Assembly: GCA_965644315.1 (NCBI GenBank)
Contig: CBFFRQ010000018.1
Span: 682,001-746,000 of the forward strand
Direction of reading: 5' to 3'
DNA: 64,000 nt
Origin: Caecitellus pseudoparvulus
Lineage: Eukaryota > Protista > Bigyra: Bicosoecida
The translations under genes and the position numbers were made by a program. Below, piece after piece: positions 24,603 through 35,034 of this stretch. How positions within the stretch are numbered: the first letter of the stretch is position 1; each line of letters opens with the position of its first letter. Under the pieces are notes generated by a model that ran no database searches, had not been told where the DNA came from, and saw nothing but the letters and a program-made list of their open reading frames with translations.

Positions 24603-25555
24603 ATGGCTGCCACGCGCCTGTGCTTCAGCGCACGACGACATGCTGGTTCAAACCCTTACGTGTTGAGATTCGCCTGCAAACCATGGGTGCCACCAGTGTC
24701 CCCTCCGCAGAGGGCCGCTGTGCCTGCTGCGGCATTAGCGTCGCGAGGCGGATTGCGGTATTACTGGGTTGCGAAGCCAGTTCACAACGCCAGGCAAGGC
24801 ACCGCCACCGGCGGGCTTGCATCAACTGCACTGGCCCGTGTAGTGCAGTGCAGCACACGTCGTGTACGATGGCTCTCCCAGCAACAGGAGGTGCCGAGCG
24901 GCGCACCTGTGCCGCCGCCCCCTTTCACCTGGTCTGGCTTCCTGGCTGCCCCCATCAAGACCACCAAGGAGCAGTGGGCCGCCAACAAGGCACTGTTCAA
25001 GTCGTACGGAACCTTCGCCATCACGGTGTACGCTGGCGTGTATGTCACGACGCTGGGCTTGATCTACAGCCTCCTGCATTTCGGACTGGTGGAAGGTGCG
25101 TGGGCCAGCGGCCGCCTGCACTGGACTGCACAGCCACCCCCGCGGCACCCTCCCTGCGCACAGGCCCTGATGTTAACGCCCTGTTGAATGGCTGGAGTGT
25201 GAAGAAGTACTTTACCGAGTCTGACATCGAGCTGAGCCCGTTCTGGACGCGCTTCCTCACCGCCTGGTTGCTCACCAAAACCACGGAGCCCCTGCGCATG
25301 ATTGGGACCGCTGCTGCCTTGCCCGTGCTGGTGCGCTACACCCCTGCCCGTGTCCTGCAGCTGTTCGGCATCAACAAGGCTGACTCCTCAGCTGCCATCG
25401 GGCGCATGGTCACTCGCGCCGCCCACGCTCGGACAGCAGTTCGAGCCCGCGTGAACATGGCCAGGGAACGGGCTGGGGGCGGTGCAAACAAGGTGGGTGG
25501 GGCGTCCGAGGCAGGCAAAGGGGGGGGCAGCTCACCGGGGCCCTCGGAGCGTTGA
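24603..25555 (+). CDS. FAM210/DUF1279 family mitochondrial membrane protein; intron about 25096-25163
   Basis: LFKSYGTFAITVYAGVY..FLTAWLLTKTTEPLR; long presequence-like N terminus. Confidence 0.8.
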
Positions 25556-25617
25556 CTTGCCAATGCATTGGCCGCGGCACAACTACGCGCAGGCGCCCTC
25601 ACGGGCCGGCACGACTT

Positions 25618-26220
25618 CTAAACATTAAAGCTCTCGCCACACCCACAGCTGCCTTTTGCGTTGGGGTTGTTGAACACGAACTCTGCACGCAAGTCATCTT
25701 CCTGTGGAGCAGGCGTGGGCAGCCTGTGCATGAGTGCGAGGGGGGTTGGAGGCGGCGGACGCACATGCCAGTCCATCGTGGTGCCAATGACGGACAGCAG
25801 AGCGCGGTTGTCAATGTAGACTTTGATCCCGCCCACGTCCACCACTTCATCAAGCTTCTGCTTCTCCGTCGCATAGTTCAGTGTGTAAGATAGGCCATTG
25901 CATCCCCCTGCGCTGGGCGCCGCCGCTGAACGTGACGTCACTATGCAACGCTGCTGGGCGACGCGCACGCACGAGTCTTGAGGCCCAGCCGAATCCCTAG
26001 CGCATCTGGCTTCTTCTGCAGGAGGGAAGCAATGCGCCCCACCGCCGCTTCAGTCTGCGCGTTGAGCAAGCGACTTGCATCCAGCCCGCAGGCAGCACCA
26101 CCTCGGCCTCGCAATACGCACCACCTCGATGGGTGCGCGCAGCGGCCGACGAGGGCGACTGGCCGTCACCTTTCCTGCTGCCCGCTGCAGTACTGCAGCA
26201 GTAGCTCGCAGCGCAGCCAT
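25618..26220 (-). CDS. ISCA1: Iron-sulfur cluster assembly protein IscA (mitochondrial ISCA1); three introns
   Basis: TEAAVGRIASLL..GIRLGLKT|RGCNGLSYTL..IGTTMDW..FVFNNPNAKGSCGCGESF. Confidence 0.95.
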
Positions 26221-26729
26221 GGCTGGAGTCTTCAGTCGCAAGGGAGCCTAGCGTGCACGACAGAACCCCTATCAACAGCTCCCACGAAACGCTGAAACGC
26301 AAGCAAAACTGGTCGCCTCCGCTGCTTCGCAGACCCTGCGCAAGCACACACAGCAGTTGCGCTGGGAAATCACCCGCAGTTGACACTGGTGCTGCTACGT
26401 TGCCTGTGTATGTGCGTATGAATTTGAGCGCGTACGCGTAGCGCAAGGACTACGCGGCGATTCGCGGCCGAATGCCAGCCAACGTGCCCTGCGCTGAGGG
26501 GTGCCTGGCGGCGCAACATGCAACTGAGTACGTCGCCCAAACTCTAGTAAATCCAGATGATCACTTTTCTCTGCGGGAGACTCCCGTGCACGACGAACAG
26601 CACATGACCGGGACCGGACACTCGCTGCCACGCTGTCCTTGCCAGCACGCGATTGAACCACCAAGGGGAAAGGGGCAGGCAAGCAGAAGGCCGGCCGCTC
26701 TGGGCCATCAAAGTGTTGGATGAAGCGGC

Positions 26730-28262
26730 ATGCATTCCCGACACAGCTCTAGCCCTCGCCGGAGTGCCCTGGCCACGGCTGGATCGCTGTCACTGAATCA
26801 GTCGCTGCGACGTGGTGAGGGTACGAGAAGGAAGTCGCGCTCGCCGCGCCCGGCAAGGGGGCAAAGTGAGACCGGTGGTGCGCGTTCGTTTCATGAGCAT
26901 AATCAGAAGCAAGTTGACTTGCTGAGGCGCCAAGCGGCCGCCTTGCGAGCAGAGCTGGGGCTGCCGCCACTGCTGCCCGAGGACGTTTCTGCGAGTGACC
27001 ACTTGCCGCCATCTGCCTTGTCCGCTGCCGGCGAAGGAAGAGGCGCTGAGGCACAGCAGGAAACCAAATCCGCCAGCAATGTGTCTCCTCTGAGTGGCCT
27101 TCATGGCGAGCCGCGCCAGCCAACTGGGCGCCCCACGGCGCCCCGACCCAGTGCCCAGACAATCAGCGCACCAGCAGTGCCACGATTAAATGCCCTGTCG
27201 GGGCTGGGTTTCCGACCCCTGCCCCCGTCTGTCTTCGAGCACGGCAAGTCGCACTCGGCCCGCATGCCCTGGGCACCGCATGCTCGCAGCACTGCCTTCA
27301 CGTCCTCCTTCATGGAGAACGGGCGCATTGTCCCTTTCACCGACTCAAGCATCGGCTCCTACCAGCGCGCAGCGGAGCGCGAAGCCAAGAGCGCGCGCAG
27401 CACCGCTCGTAAAGCCCTCGCCAGGCAAGAACGATTCAGGCGGGCCAGGGAGCGGTACGAGCAGCGGCAAGAGGTGCTGCGCGAGCAGGCAGCACAGAGC
27501 CGGCGCGAGGCACGACGCCAACGCCGCGCAGCAGTCACCATCCAGCGGGCAGTGCGAGCCTGGAGGCAGAGGATCTGGGCCCTGTACTTGAATTTCAAGC
27601 GCCAGGACACTGCTGCACGCCTGGTGCAGGGCGCGTATCGCCGTGTGCGTAGCCGGCGGGAGAGTGTGCGCCTGCTGGCTCGCATGCGGGAGGTGGTGCG
27701 GCACGCCATGGCTGTGCGGCGTATTGAGAAGCATGTCCGGCTGTGGCTGCTGCGCCGGAGGTCCATGGCTGTCGTGCGTGCCCTGCGTGCCGAGGCGCAG
27801 GTGCGCAGGGAGGCAGTGCACCGGGAGCTGCGCAAGCTCAGTGCCACGCGTGTGCAGGCCCTCACACGGCGGTGGTTGGCTCGGCGCCGAGCGGCAGAAA
27901 TCCGCAACGCACGAGCGAATGCTGTCCAGCGCAGCGTCCTGCAGTCGTGGTTCGGTGGGGCCCAGCTCCTGGCCCCCGGCAGCTTGGAGCCGCAGGGCCC
28001 GCTGGCAGGGCTGCCCGTCGTGACAGACTTACCCGTGGCCGGGCCAGTGACGTCAGGCCTGGACCGGGACTTGTCCTTCGGGCCCAAAGCGGACAGCAGC
28101 TTGCAGGGGCGTGCCCACGGTGCTGCGCCTGGCATCCCGCCCACCCCGCTGGGCCTGCGCGCGTCGTCGTCCGAAGGGCTGCCGAGCGGAGCACCCACCA
28201 CGGTGTTCTTTCGCAGTCAAGGAGCCGGAGCGCAGGCTGCAACAGCAGTGGCACTGGGTTAA
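26730..28262 (+). CDS. IQ-motif (calmodulin-binding) coiled-coil protein
   Basis: AAVTIQRAVRAW, AARLVQGAYRR, AVRRIEKHVRLW, SATRVQALTRRWLAR. Confidence 0.75.
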   Translation: MHSRHSSSPRRSALATAGSLSLNQSLRRGEGTRRKSRSPRPARGQSETGGARSFHEHNQKQVDLLRRQAAALRAELGLPPLLPEDVSASDHLPPSALSAAGEGRGAEAQQETKSASNVSPLSGLHGEPRQPTGRPTAPRPSAQTISAPAVPRLNALSGLGFRPLPPSVFEHGKSHSARMPWAPHARSTAFTSSFMENGRIVPFTDSSIGSYQRAAEREAKSARSTARKALARQERFRRARERYEQRQEVLREQAAQSRREARRQRRAAVTIQRAVRAWRQRIWALYLNFKRQDTAARLVQGAYRRVRSRRESVRLLARMREVVRHAMAVRRIEKHVRLWLLRRRSMAVVRALRAEAQVRREAVHRELRKLSATRVQALTRRWLARRRAAEIRNARANAVQRSVLQSWFGGAQLLAPGSLEPQGPLAGLPVVTDLPVAGPVTSGLDRDLSFGPKADSSLQGRAHGAAPGIPPTPLGLRASSSEGLPSGAPTTVFFRSQGAGAQAATAVALG

Positions 28263-28388
28263 AATTCATTCGCCTTCAGTCCATGCAGGGGTGAAACAGT
28301 TGTTGCTGCTGCAGCAGTGTGACGTCGCCCGCAGGACTGAGGCCAGCACTGCTGCAGCCTCCTGCACCAGCTGCCTCCGGTGCCGAGC

Positions 28389-31300
28389 ATGGCAAGCTTG
28401 GCTCGTCGTGGAGTGCAGCACCTGGACTACACATTTCCAGGTCTCCTTAGGCGCTCTGTGAACCTGGCCCGGCGATGTCCTGTCGCCGTGGCAGCGCCGT
28501 CCACAGAAGCAAGCCTGAGGCCATTTTCCGCATCCGCTCCCGGCTTCCTGGAGGGTGCCAGCGCGGGAGTCAAGGCACTGTGGGAGGCGCACAGGGCGGG
28601 AAGTTTGCCGAAAGCGCTTGAAGCCCTGCGTTCCATCCACGCTGAGGCCGTTCCCAGTCCGCTGACGCAGCAGCTGGCCTTGCCCTTGCTCAGCAGTCCC
28701 ACGGCCGCCGCTCGCGATGTGGTGTCTGCCGTGGCCCTTCTGAACCTAGACCCCGCCGATGCGGAGCACATCCTTGTAGCTGCACTGAGGGAAGATGCAG
28801 GCAGTTTGCCTGCAGTCATGGCTGAACTTGGGGACGCTGCTGCGGCGGCAGTTGCCTTTCGAGTTGCCGCGGCAGCACACGCTCCCAAGTCCCTTGCCCA
28901 CGCCTTGAGCCGGGCCCCGGAGCAGTGGGAGGCCGAGGGACGTTGGAGCAGACGTGCCCTCCTCGCCCAGCAAGCTGCCCTGCAACGGGTCGTGGAGGGC
29001 GGACCGTCCACCTGGGAGGCACTGCTGCTACACCCGGGTCTGCACGCCACTCACCACACGGTTGCCAGGCTGCTCAAGGATCACCTGCCTGTGCCAGCCA
29101 CGCACCAGAGCAGCTTCATGACTGGATACGCGACCATTCCTGCCGTCGGAGGCGCCTTGCGAGGCCTGGGGTGGAGCTCTGACCCACACCTCCTCCTGCC
29201 TCACCTGCAAGCTGCCGTCCAAGCCACGGCGGCAGGCGCCCCACCCGCAGAGGAGGATGCTGCGAGGCTCCTGGAAGTGGCAGGCGATACATTGGGTGCG
29301 GGGACACCGGTGTCGTTTGAGGTCGAGTGGAGGCAGGTGCTGCACCACGCCACCGCCCTGGCGCTGGGCCTGGAGCAGCCCCGCGCAGCCGCGGGCCTGG
29401 CCACAGAGGCTGCCTCGGCGCTGCGAGGACGCCGCCTTCTGCCGTCAGCGCCACTGGCACAGCTGGTGCAGCTCTCAGCAGTCCTGGAGGTGGCCCGGGA
29501 GCTGCTCGCCGCCGGCGACGTGCAGCCCGCGCCTCGAATCCCAGCCTCCCTCCTCGCCTGCCTGTCCACAACACCCCTCAAGGCTGCCTTCAGGGACGCT
29601 GCTGCCCTGCCGCCAGCAGACATGCTGGCCCTCTTTGCCAACGGGCTTGGGCCGCCGGATGCCTGCACACTGCTCGGCAGCCTCGCCGCCGCACATTCGG
29701 CCATGGAGACGCAGTTCATGTCGCACTGGCTGGAGCCGCAGCCCACGCCCCTCGCGTCAGAGGCGTACACCCTGCGACACAAGGCAGCATGCCAAGCTGC
29801 AACAGCATGTGGTGCAGCCCTGCCCCCGCCCCTGACAGGCGTCCTGAGTGGGTGGACTGCCGCTGGACCAAGCCACTCTGCCGAAGCGGCGTTGGAGACT
29901 CGTGTGCTGCTGGCAGGTGGCCCAGGCACAGTGCCGTCAGAGGAACAGGTCCATGAAGCTGTTACTTCTGCCCTGGGGCGCGGCATGCCCCTGACTCGGC
30001 TGCTCGACCTCGTCGGAGAGCTGGGTCGGGTGGGGCCGCTGCCCGCCTCCGCCATGCAGCAGGTCGTGGCGGCGGCAGTCGTGCGACGTGACGCACAGGC
30101 ATTGGCCCGTGCCCTTGTCCTGTGCCCTGCTGATGCGGTGCAGTGGAGCTGCCCCTCAGCGCACGAAGGAGGAGGGCCCTTGCACCCGCGTGATTGGCTG
30201 GCTGGCGCTAGGCGCGGCGGCCCCTCCTCAGTTCTTGCCAGCGCATCTCGCGCCTTGCGAAGGGTTCGGCCAGCGAGCCCTGCTGCGAGGTCGGCTGCTG
30301 AGCGCTTGCTGGAGCAGGTGAGCGTGGCCCTGCAGTGGGCGCCTGCAGAGGCGGCTGGGACGCTCGAGGCGGAACGTGAGCCCGCCACAACCCAGCCAGC
30401 GGCAGGGCCCGCCGTCTCCGGCGTGCAGTTGCGAGACATGAACTCGCTGCCGAGGGATGCTGCCCAGGCTCAAGCGTGCCTGGAGGAGCTTGGCGAAACG
30501 TACACGGCTGCCTCCCACTTTCTCTTGGCTGGGGGATTGCAGGGGGCGGGCGGGCGACCCATGGCGTGGGGTCCACCCCATGCCATGACGTCTCCGGCGA
30601 CACGTCACACGCCACCCCGACAGGAATGGGCCAGTTTGCCCATGGGCTCGGCGCCCTCCGCTGCAAAGACCCTGAGTGCCTTCGTGGGGCACCTGGCCGC
30701 TGCATTCGACGAGAGTATGCCGCCTCTGGAGGCTGTTGCCCGCGACCCTGTCGCCCAGGCAGCGTACTCGGCCGCCCTCTCAGACATGCTGTCTGTCGCT
30801 GACACTGCAACAGCCGTGGAGATGGACCCGCTGCATGTTTCGTCCCAGGCGTCAACGGACCTGGCAGGCAGCTCAGGTCAACTCAGCACAGAGGCACTGC
30901 CTGACCAAGCAGGGCTTGAGTACGCCTCCGCAGCTGGTGTTGCAGCACGAATGAGCCAGCTTTTGGATGCACCGAGCACCATCGGGCATGGACCCCCTCC
31001 TGCCATCCACAGCACAGTGCTGAACCCAGCAGCCACGCTGGCTGTGGTGCGGCGGCAATCGCGGCGCCTGGGCCAGTGGGTCCGCGATGCGGCGGCGCAC
31101 TCCGCTCGAGAAGAGGCCTTGCCCCCCCCCCCTGACGTGGATGCACTGGACGCACTGGTGCATGCTGCACATGCTGCCTTGGTGGATGCCACACCGCCTG
31201 TGACAGAACACACTCCTCAGGCCAGCGACCTGCCGCAGCGGCGCCTGCGAGCCACCTGGCTGTGCCGGGTGCCCCCAACGGCAGCCTTGCTAGCTCGGGC

Positions 31301-31976
31301 GGAAGGCTCCGTGCGTCGGGACCAGCAACAGAAGTCCCGAAAGTGGATGAGTGCATTCTTCCAAAGCATGTCTCGTCTGCGGCAGGCTGAGCTAGATGCG
31401 TCAGCGCCGTTGTTCAACTCCGTGGCGGGCATGGCACGCACGGCACTGCCGGCATCTCAACGCCATGCCATGACCCTCGCTGCCATCCAGCAGCACTTGG
31501 CCCACCCAGAGCGCCTGCCCACCTTGGAGGTGTCTGTCGTGGATCCATCGGTGCCAGAGCGCTTGACAGTGCAAGTGGACATTCAGACGGGCACCGCCAC
31601 GCTGCGACGCACGCCACAGCCGCAAGAAGAGGAGGCGGCACAACCAGCGACAGCTGCAGCACCCTCAGACCAATCAGGGCCGGTCGTGCAGGTTCCGGTG
31701 TCGTCTGAGGCGACTGAGTGGTCCCCATCGCCAAGTCAGCTGCTGAAGGTGGTCCGGCCATGGCACAGCTACATCACTCCGCAGCAGTTCGCCAGCGCTC
31801 TGCACCCCACTGTGCAAGAGAGTCCTTCTGACCCTGTGCCTGATCACATCCCCCGTGTGTCGCACCAGCATGTGCAGCTGCTGGCCACTGCTGCCTTGCT
31901 GGCCACCCGCGCCCAGGTCCCGCTGCCTGACCCTGCCCTACGCCCGCGACGAAGCAGACGCAGCACGGAGCGGTGA
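28389..31976 (+). CDS. Uncharacterised Ala/Leu-rich ~1195-aa protein, probable mitochondrial presequence
   Basis: Long single ORF. The N terminus is Arg/Ser/Ala-rich (MASLARRG..LRPFSAS). No recognisable domain. Confidence 0.65.
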   Translation: MASLARRGVQHLDYTFPGLLRRSVNLARRCPVAVAAPSTEASLRPFSASAPGFLEGASAGVKALWEAHRAGSLPKALEALRSIHAEAVPSPLTQQLALPLLSSPTAAARDVVSAVALLNLDPADAEHILVAALREDAGSLPAVMAELGDAAAAAVAFRVAAAAHAPKSLAHALSRAPEQWEAEGRWSRRALLAQQAALQRVVEGGPSTWEALLLHPGLHATHHTVARLLKDHLPVPATHQSSFMTGYATIPAVGGALRGLGWSSDPHLLLPHLQAAVQATAAGAPPAEEDAARLLEVAGDTLGAGTPVSFEVEWRQVLHHATALALGLEQPRAAAGLATEAASALRGRRLLPSAPLAQLVQLSAVLEVARELLAAGDVQPAPRIPASLLACLSTTPLKAAFRDAAALPPADMLALFANGLGPPDACTLLGSLAAAHSAMETQFMSHWLEPQPTPLASEAYTLRHKAACQAATACGAALPPPLTGVLSGWTAAGPSHSAEAALETRVLLAGGPGTVPSEEQVHEAVTSALGRGMPLTRLLDLVGELGRVGPLPASAMQQVVAAAVVRRDAQALARALVLCPADAVQWSCPSAHEGGGPLHPRDWLAGARRGGPSSVLASASRALRRVRPASPAARSAAERLLEQVSVALQWAPAEAAGTLEAEREPATTQPAAGPAVSGVQLRDMNSLPRDAAQAQACLEELGETYTAASHFLLAGGLQGAGGRPMAWGPPHAMTSPATRHTPPRQEWASLPMGSAPSAAKTLSAFVGHLAAAFDESMPPLEAVARDPVAQAAYSAALSDMLSVADTATAVEMDPLHVSSQASTDLAGSSGQLSTEALPDQAGLEYASAAGVAARMSQLLDAPSTIGHGPPPAIHSTVLNPAATLAVVRRQSRRLGQWVRDAAAHSAREEALPPPPDVDALDALVHAAHAALVDATPPVTEHTPQASDLPQRRLRATWLCRVPPTAALLARAEGSVRRDQQQKSRKWMSAFFQSMSRLRQAELDASAPLFNSVAGMARTALPASQRHAMTLAAIQQHLAHPERLPTLEVSVVDPSVPERLTVQVDIQTGTATLRRTPQPQEEEAAQPATAAAPSDQSGPVVQVPVSSEATEWSPSPSQLLKVVRPWHSYITPQQFASALHPTVQESPSDPVPDHIPRVSHQHVQLLATAALLATRAQVPLPDPALRPRRSRRSTER

Positions 31977-31997
31977 ATGCATGCATCCTGGTGTGCA

Positions 31998-34532
31998 TTA
32001 GTCCCCCAGCTGCGCTCGCAGCGCCGCAATGTGGGCCTTCAGGTCCACAGCCCTGCTGCCTTGCTCCTTGGAGACCAACGCAGCCTGCACTGCGTCTTGC
32101 GTTGCCCGACTCGCAGCATTACTCGCCTGCGCTGCCTGCAGGACTGCGCGCGTCGCAGTGGTCATGTCTTGCAGTGCCTGTGAACTCGCGACCGCATCCG
32201 CGCTGCTTTTCCCGCTCGCAAGGTGGGCCCCATGCCGTGCGCGACTCGCTGGGGCTGGCAACAGCGCGAGGGGGGCTGCGTGACCGGACTGCTGGGCCGC
32301 ACGCACCGCGGCGCTGGGGCTGCGGGCCAGTCTGTCTGCGGCTGCGGTGGGCTGCGGGCTGGAGCTTCCGCGGGGACCATCCAGCTTGGCGCTGCTGGGC
32401 AGCGTGGCCTGCAGGGACAGCAGCCGGCTGGATGCAGCATCCAGCATCGCGCTGATGTCTTCTGCTGTCATAGAAGAGGGCTGCTGGGGGCGGTGCTGCA
32501 CCGAGAGGGGAACCTGTTCCCCTGGGTGTGCTGTGGGCTGACTGGCCGCCGTCCACGGCTGGGCCTTGCTTGAAGAAGCCGGCGGCAGCACGATGACGCG
32601 TGTCCCTTTGCCCGGGAAGCCTGCTGCGTGCGGTGTGGTCGCCTGCAAGGGTGGCACGAGTGAGGGGGTTGAGGAGGAAGCTGTTGCTGTCTGCGTGGCC
32701 CAGGTGGAGCTGGGTGTCGCAGACGCGGGCACGTCAATGGCGGGGGAGGCGGCAATGACTGGCGCCGTTGTCGTTGTGGAGGGCAACGTCCATGATGAGC
32801 CTGTCAGAACCGTCATCCCGACAGTGGCCTGCACCCCCCGCTGAGCAGGTGGCAAGGGGCGGTGAAACACCTCGTCCCGCGGCTCGAGCGGGGTGGGTGG
32901 ATGCCACTGCGAAGGATGAGAGGGGAAGCCATCAGGCGAGGCCAGGGCACCTGGGGGGCCCCTTGAGGATGCAGTGGGGACTGGCGGCGCCTTGTCTGGG
33001 CGTTGTAATACATGCGCAGCAGCTGCTGCTGCAGTGGCTGCATACTGCAGGGAAGGTGGCACTCGGCGGTCGAAGCCCTCGAACAGATCTGCGCCGGAGT
33101 GGTGTGCCCCTTGCGCTTGCACCTCCCCACGTGTTGCAAAGTATGCGTCTTCTTCTGAGGCCGCTGGCAGCCGGCCACTGGCCACAGCTTGCTGCCTCCA
33201 CATGGCGTCAGCTGTGCGCATGGCGAGAAGAGAGGCGTGCACTGAGCGTGTCTGTGCCGCAGGCGCCGTTGCCCCCGAGCGTGGTGTGCTGGTGGAGGGA
33301 GAAGTGTGCCCTGCAGAGCTTGTGGGGTGGTTGAATCCGTGCTGTTGCCGGTGGGGGCGGGCCTGCTGCTGGGCCCTGTCCCCGGTCACCACAGCCATGG
33401 CACTGCGTACCTGCCGGTGCATGTCTGCATGCTGCGGAGACAGCTCAGATACGTGGTGCGCCAAGGGCGTCGAGCCCTGCGCAACAAGGTGTCCCACAGA
33501 CATGCTGTGGGGCGATGATGCGGGCCACACAGACGGGGGTCCTGCCGATGTTGGGCCTGTGCCTGGCCTGGGCGGCGTTGGGCGACGCCTGTCCCTGTGC
33601 CACCCTCCTTCATCCTCTCCGTCGACGCCTGCCTCACTCCGGAAGGTGGCAGAGGCATCGATTTCGTCTGCATCTGAGTCTGCCGGGCTCGGGAGCTCCT
33701 CCCGTGCTGCGCTGTGGCGGCTGGAACCGTACCTGCGTGCCTCCCCGTGTCTCTCTGTGACGATGTTGGGCGAGCGCACGAGGGGCCACTCCGCCGCATC
33801 CTTGTAGAAGCGATGGCTGGTCAACAGTGCCCGCTCCCGCTGCGTTCCTGACAACAACGGCACAGCTGCCACAGGGTGTCCATGCTCCGTGTCAGGGCCC
33901 CCCCAGCTGCTGGACGTGCTGCCCAGGGACACTCCCCCATCCCCTTGCCGCACCGAAGGAGGCTGCGGGGCTGACGGCTTGCGCTGCTTGCAAGGTGTTG
34001 CTGAGGGTGTTCCTCGGCTGGGTTTGCCGAGGATCGGGCCGAGCTGGTCCGGTTTCCCAGGGCAAGAGGGCTGTGGGTGCTGGAAGGCCTTCGGCTTGGG
34101 TGGGTGGCCCCGGTGTGGCTCTTGGGGCGGTGCAGCAGGGCTCGACACAGATGGCGACGTTGCCCTGCCAAAGGGCAGCCCACTAGCTCGCCCCACAGCA
34201 TCGCCTGTGCTGGAGCCATCCTGCCGTTTGCGCACAGGCAGCGCCCGTGAGCCAGGCACCCACTGCCTTTGTTGCTGTGTTGGAGGCTGTGACTGGCCGG
34301 GATGCGTGGAAGGACGAGGACCAGGACGTGGCGCAGTGGGTGACTGGGTGTCTCTGGAATGTGCCGTCATTGCCAGGAGTCGCTGGAGCTGTGCAGACAA
34401 GGCGATTGCGGGCGGGTGTGAAGTGCAGCAGCCTTGCACCAGCACAATTTCCGCGCAGGTCAGCGTGGGTGCGCTGGCGCTTACCTTTGCATGGACGCGT
34501 TGTTTCACTGCATCAGCATCGGATTCGGACAT
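31998..34532 (-). CDS. Uncharacterised low-complexity Pro/Ser/Ala-rich protein; probable intron 34389-34484
   Basis: 890-codon open frame. The ATG at 34532 is followed by a GTAAGC..CAG intron, with short helical segments at both ends. Confidence 0.55.
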   Translation of the reverse strand: MSESDADAVKQRVHAKVSASAPTLTCAEIVLVQGCCTSHPPAIALSAQLQRLLAMTAHSRDTQSPTAPRPGPRPSTHPGQSQPPTQQQRQWVPGSRALPVRKRQDGSSTGDAVGRASGLPFGRATSPSVSSPAAPPQEPHRGHPPKPKAFQHPQPSCPGKPDQLGPILGKPSRGTPSATPCKQRKPSAPQPPSVRQGDGGVSLGSTSSSWGGPDTEHGHPVAAVPLLSGTQRERALLTSHRFYKDAAEWPLVRSPNIVTERHGEARRYGSSRHSAAREELPSPADSDADEIDASATFRSEAGVDGEDEGGWHRDRRRPTPPRPGTGPTSAGPPSVWPASSPHSMSVGHLVAQGSTPLAHHVSELSPQHADMHRQVRSAMAVVTGDRAQQQARPHRQQHGFNHPTSSAGHTSPSTSTPRSGATAPAAQTRSVHASLLAMRTADAMWRQQAVASGRLPAASEEDAYFATRGEVQAQGAHHSGADLFEGFDRRVPPSLQYAATAAAAAAHVLQRPDKAPPVPTASSRGPPGALASPDGFPSHPSQWHPPTPLEPRDEVFHRPLPPAQRGVQATVGMTVLTGSSWTLPSTTTTAPVIAASPAIDVPASATPSSTWATQTATASSSTPSLVPPLQATTPHAAGFPGKGTRVIVLPPASSSKAQPWTAASQPTAHPGEQVPLSVQHRPQQPSSMTAEDISAMLDAASSRLLSLQATLPSSAKLDGPRGSSSPQPTAAADRLARSPSAAVRAAQQSGHAAPLALLPAPASRARHGAHLASGKSSADAVASSQALQDMTTATRAVLQAAQASNAASRATQDAVQAALVSKEQGSRAVDLKAHIAALRAQLGD

Positions 34533-35034
34533 TGTCAACAGGATATCAAGCACTGGCTGTGTCTTGTAGCCGAGCAAATCATTCACACCGGAGACCCAAG
34601 CTGTGCCACACAACCTGGTGACGCAGCCGCGCGGCGCTGGTTTGCCGCTGCGCCACGCCCCAATCTGCAAGGCCGCAACGGCACGTTTCCCGTCGATGCA
34701 GGGCCCCTAAGTTTAGGGAATTGCCTCGGAGTGGTGTGTTTTTTGTTTTGAGTGTTTCCCATTCGGAATTTATTTCAATTGGGGGCAAAACTTGGATCAA
34801 AGGAAAGTGAACACTCCACGAAGATCACCACACCGCTACTGGGCCCGGATCTTTGGTCACGCTCTTTGTCCGCGATCAAAACAAATCCCACGCCTTCAAC
34901 CATTCTGCGCACCACATGCAAAAGATGTCTGCACACTCGATGCAGTTCGTTTGCTCCATTGCCGTGCGGATTCGGGGTCGGCGCTTGCCCGGAGCTTCAA
35001 GCGCACTCCAACCCTCGACTGTTGCCGGTGCAGC

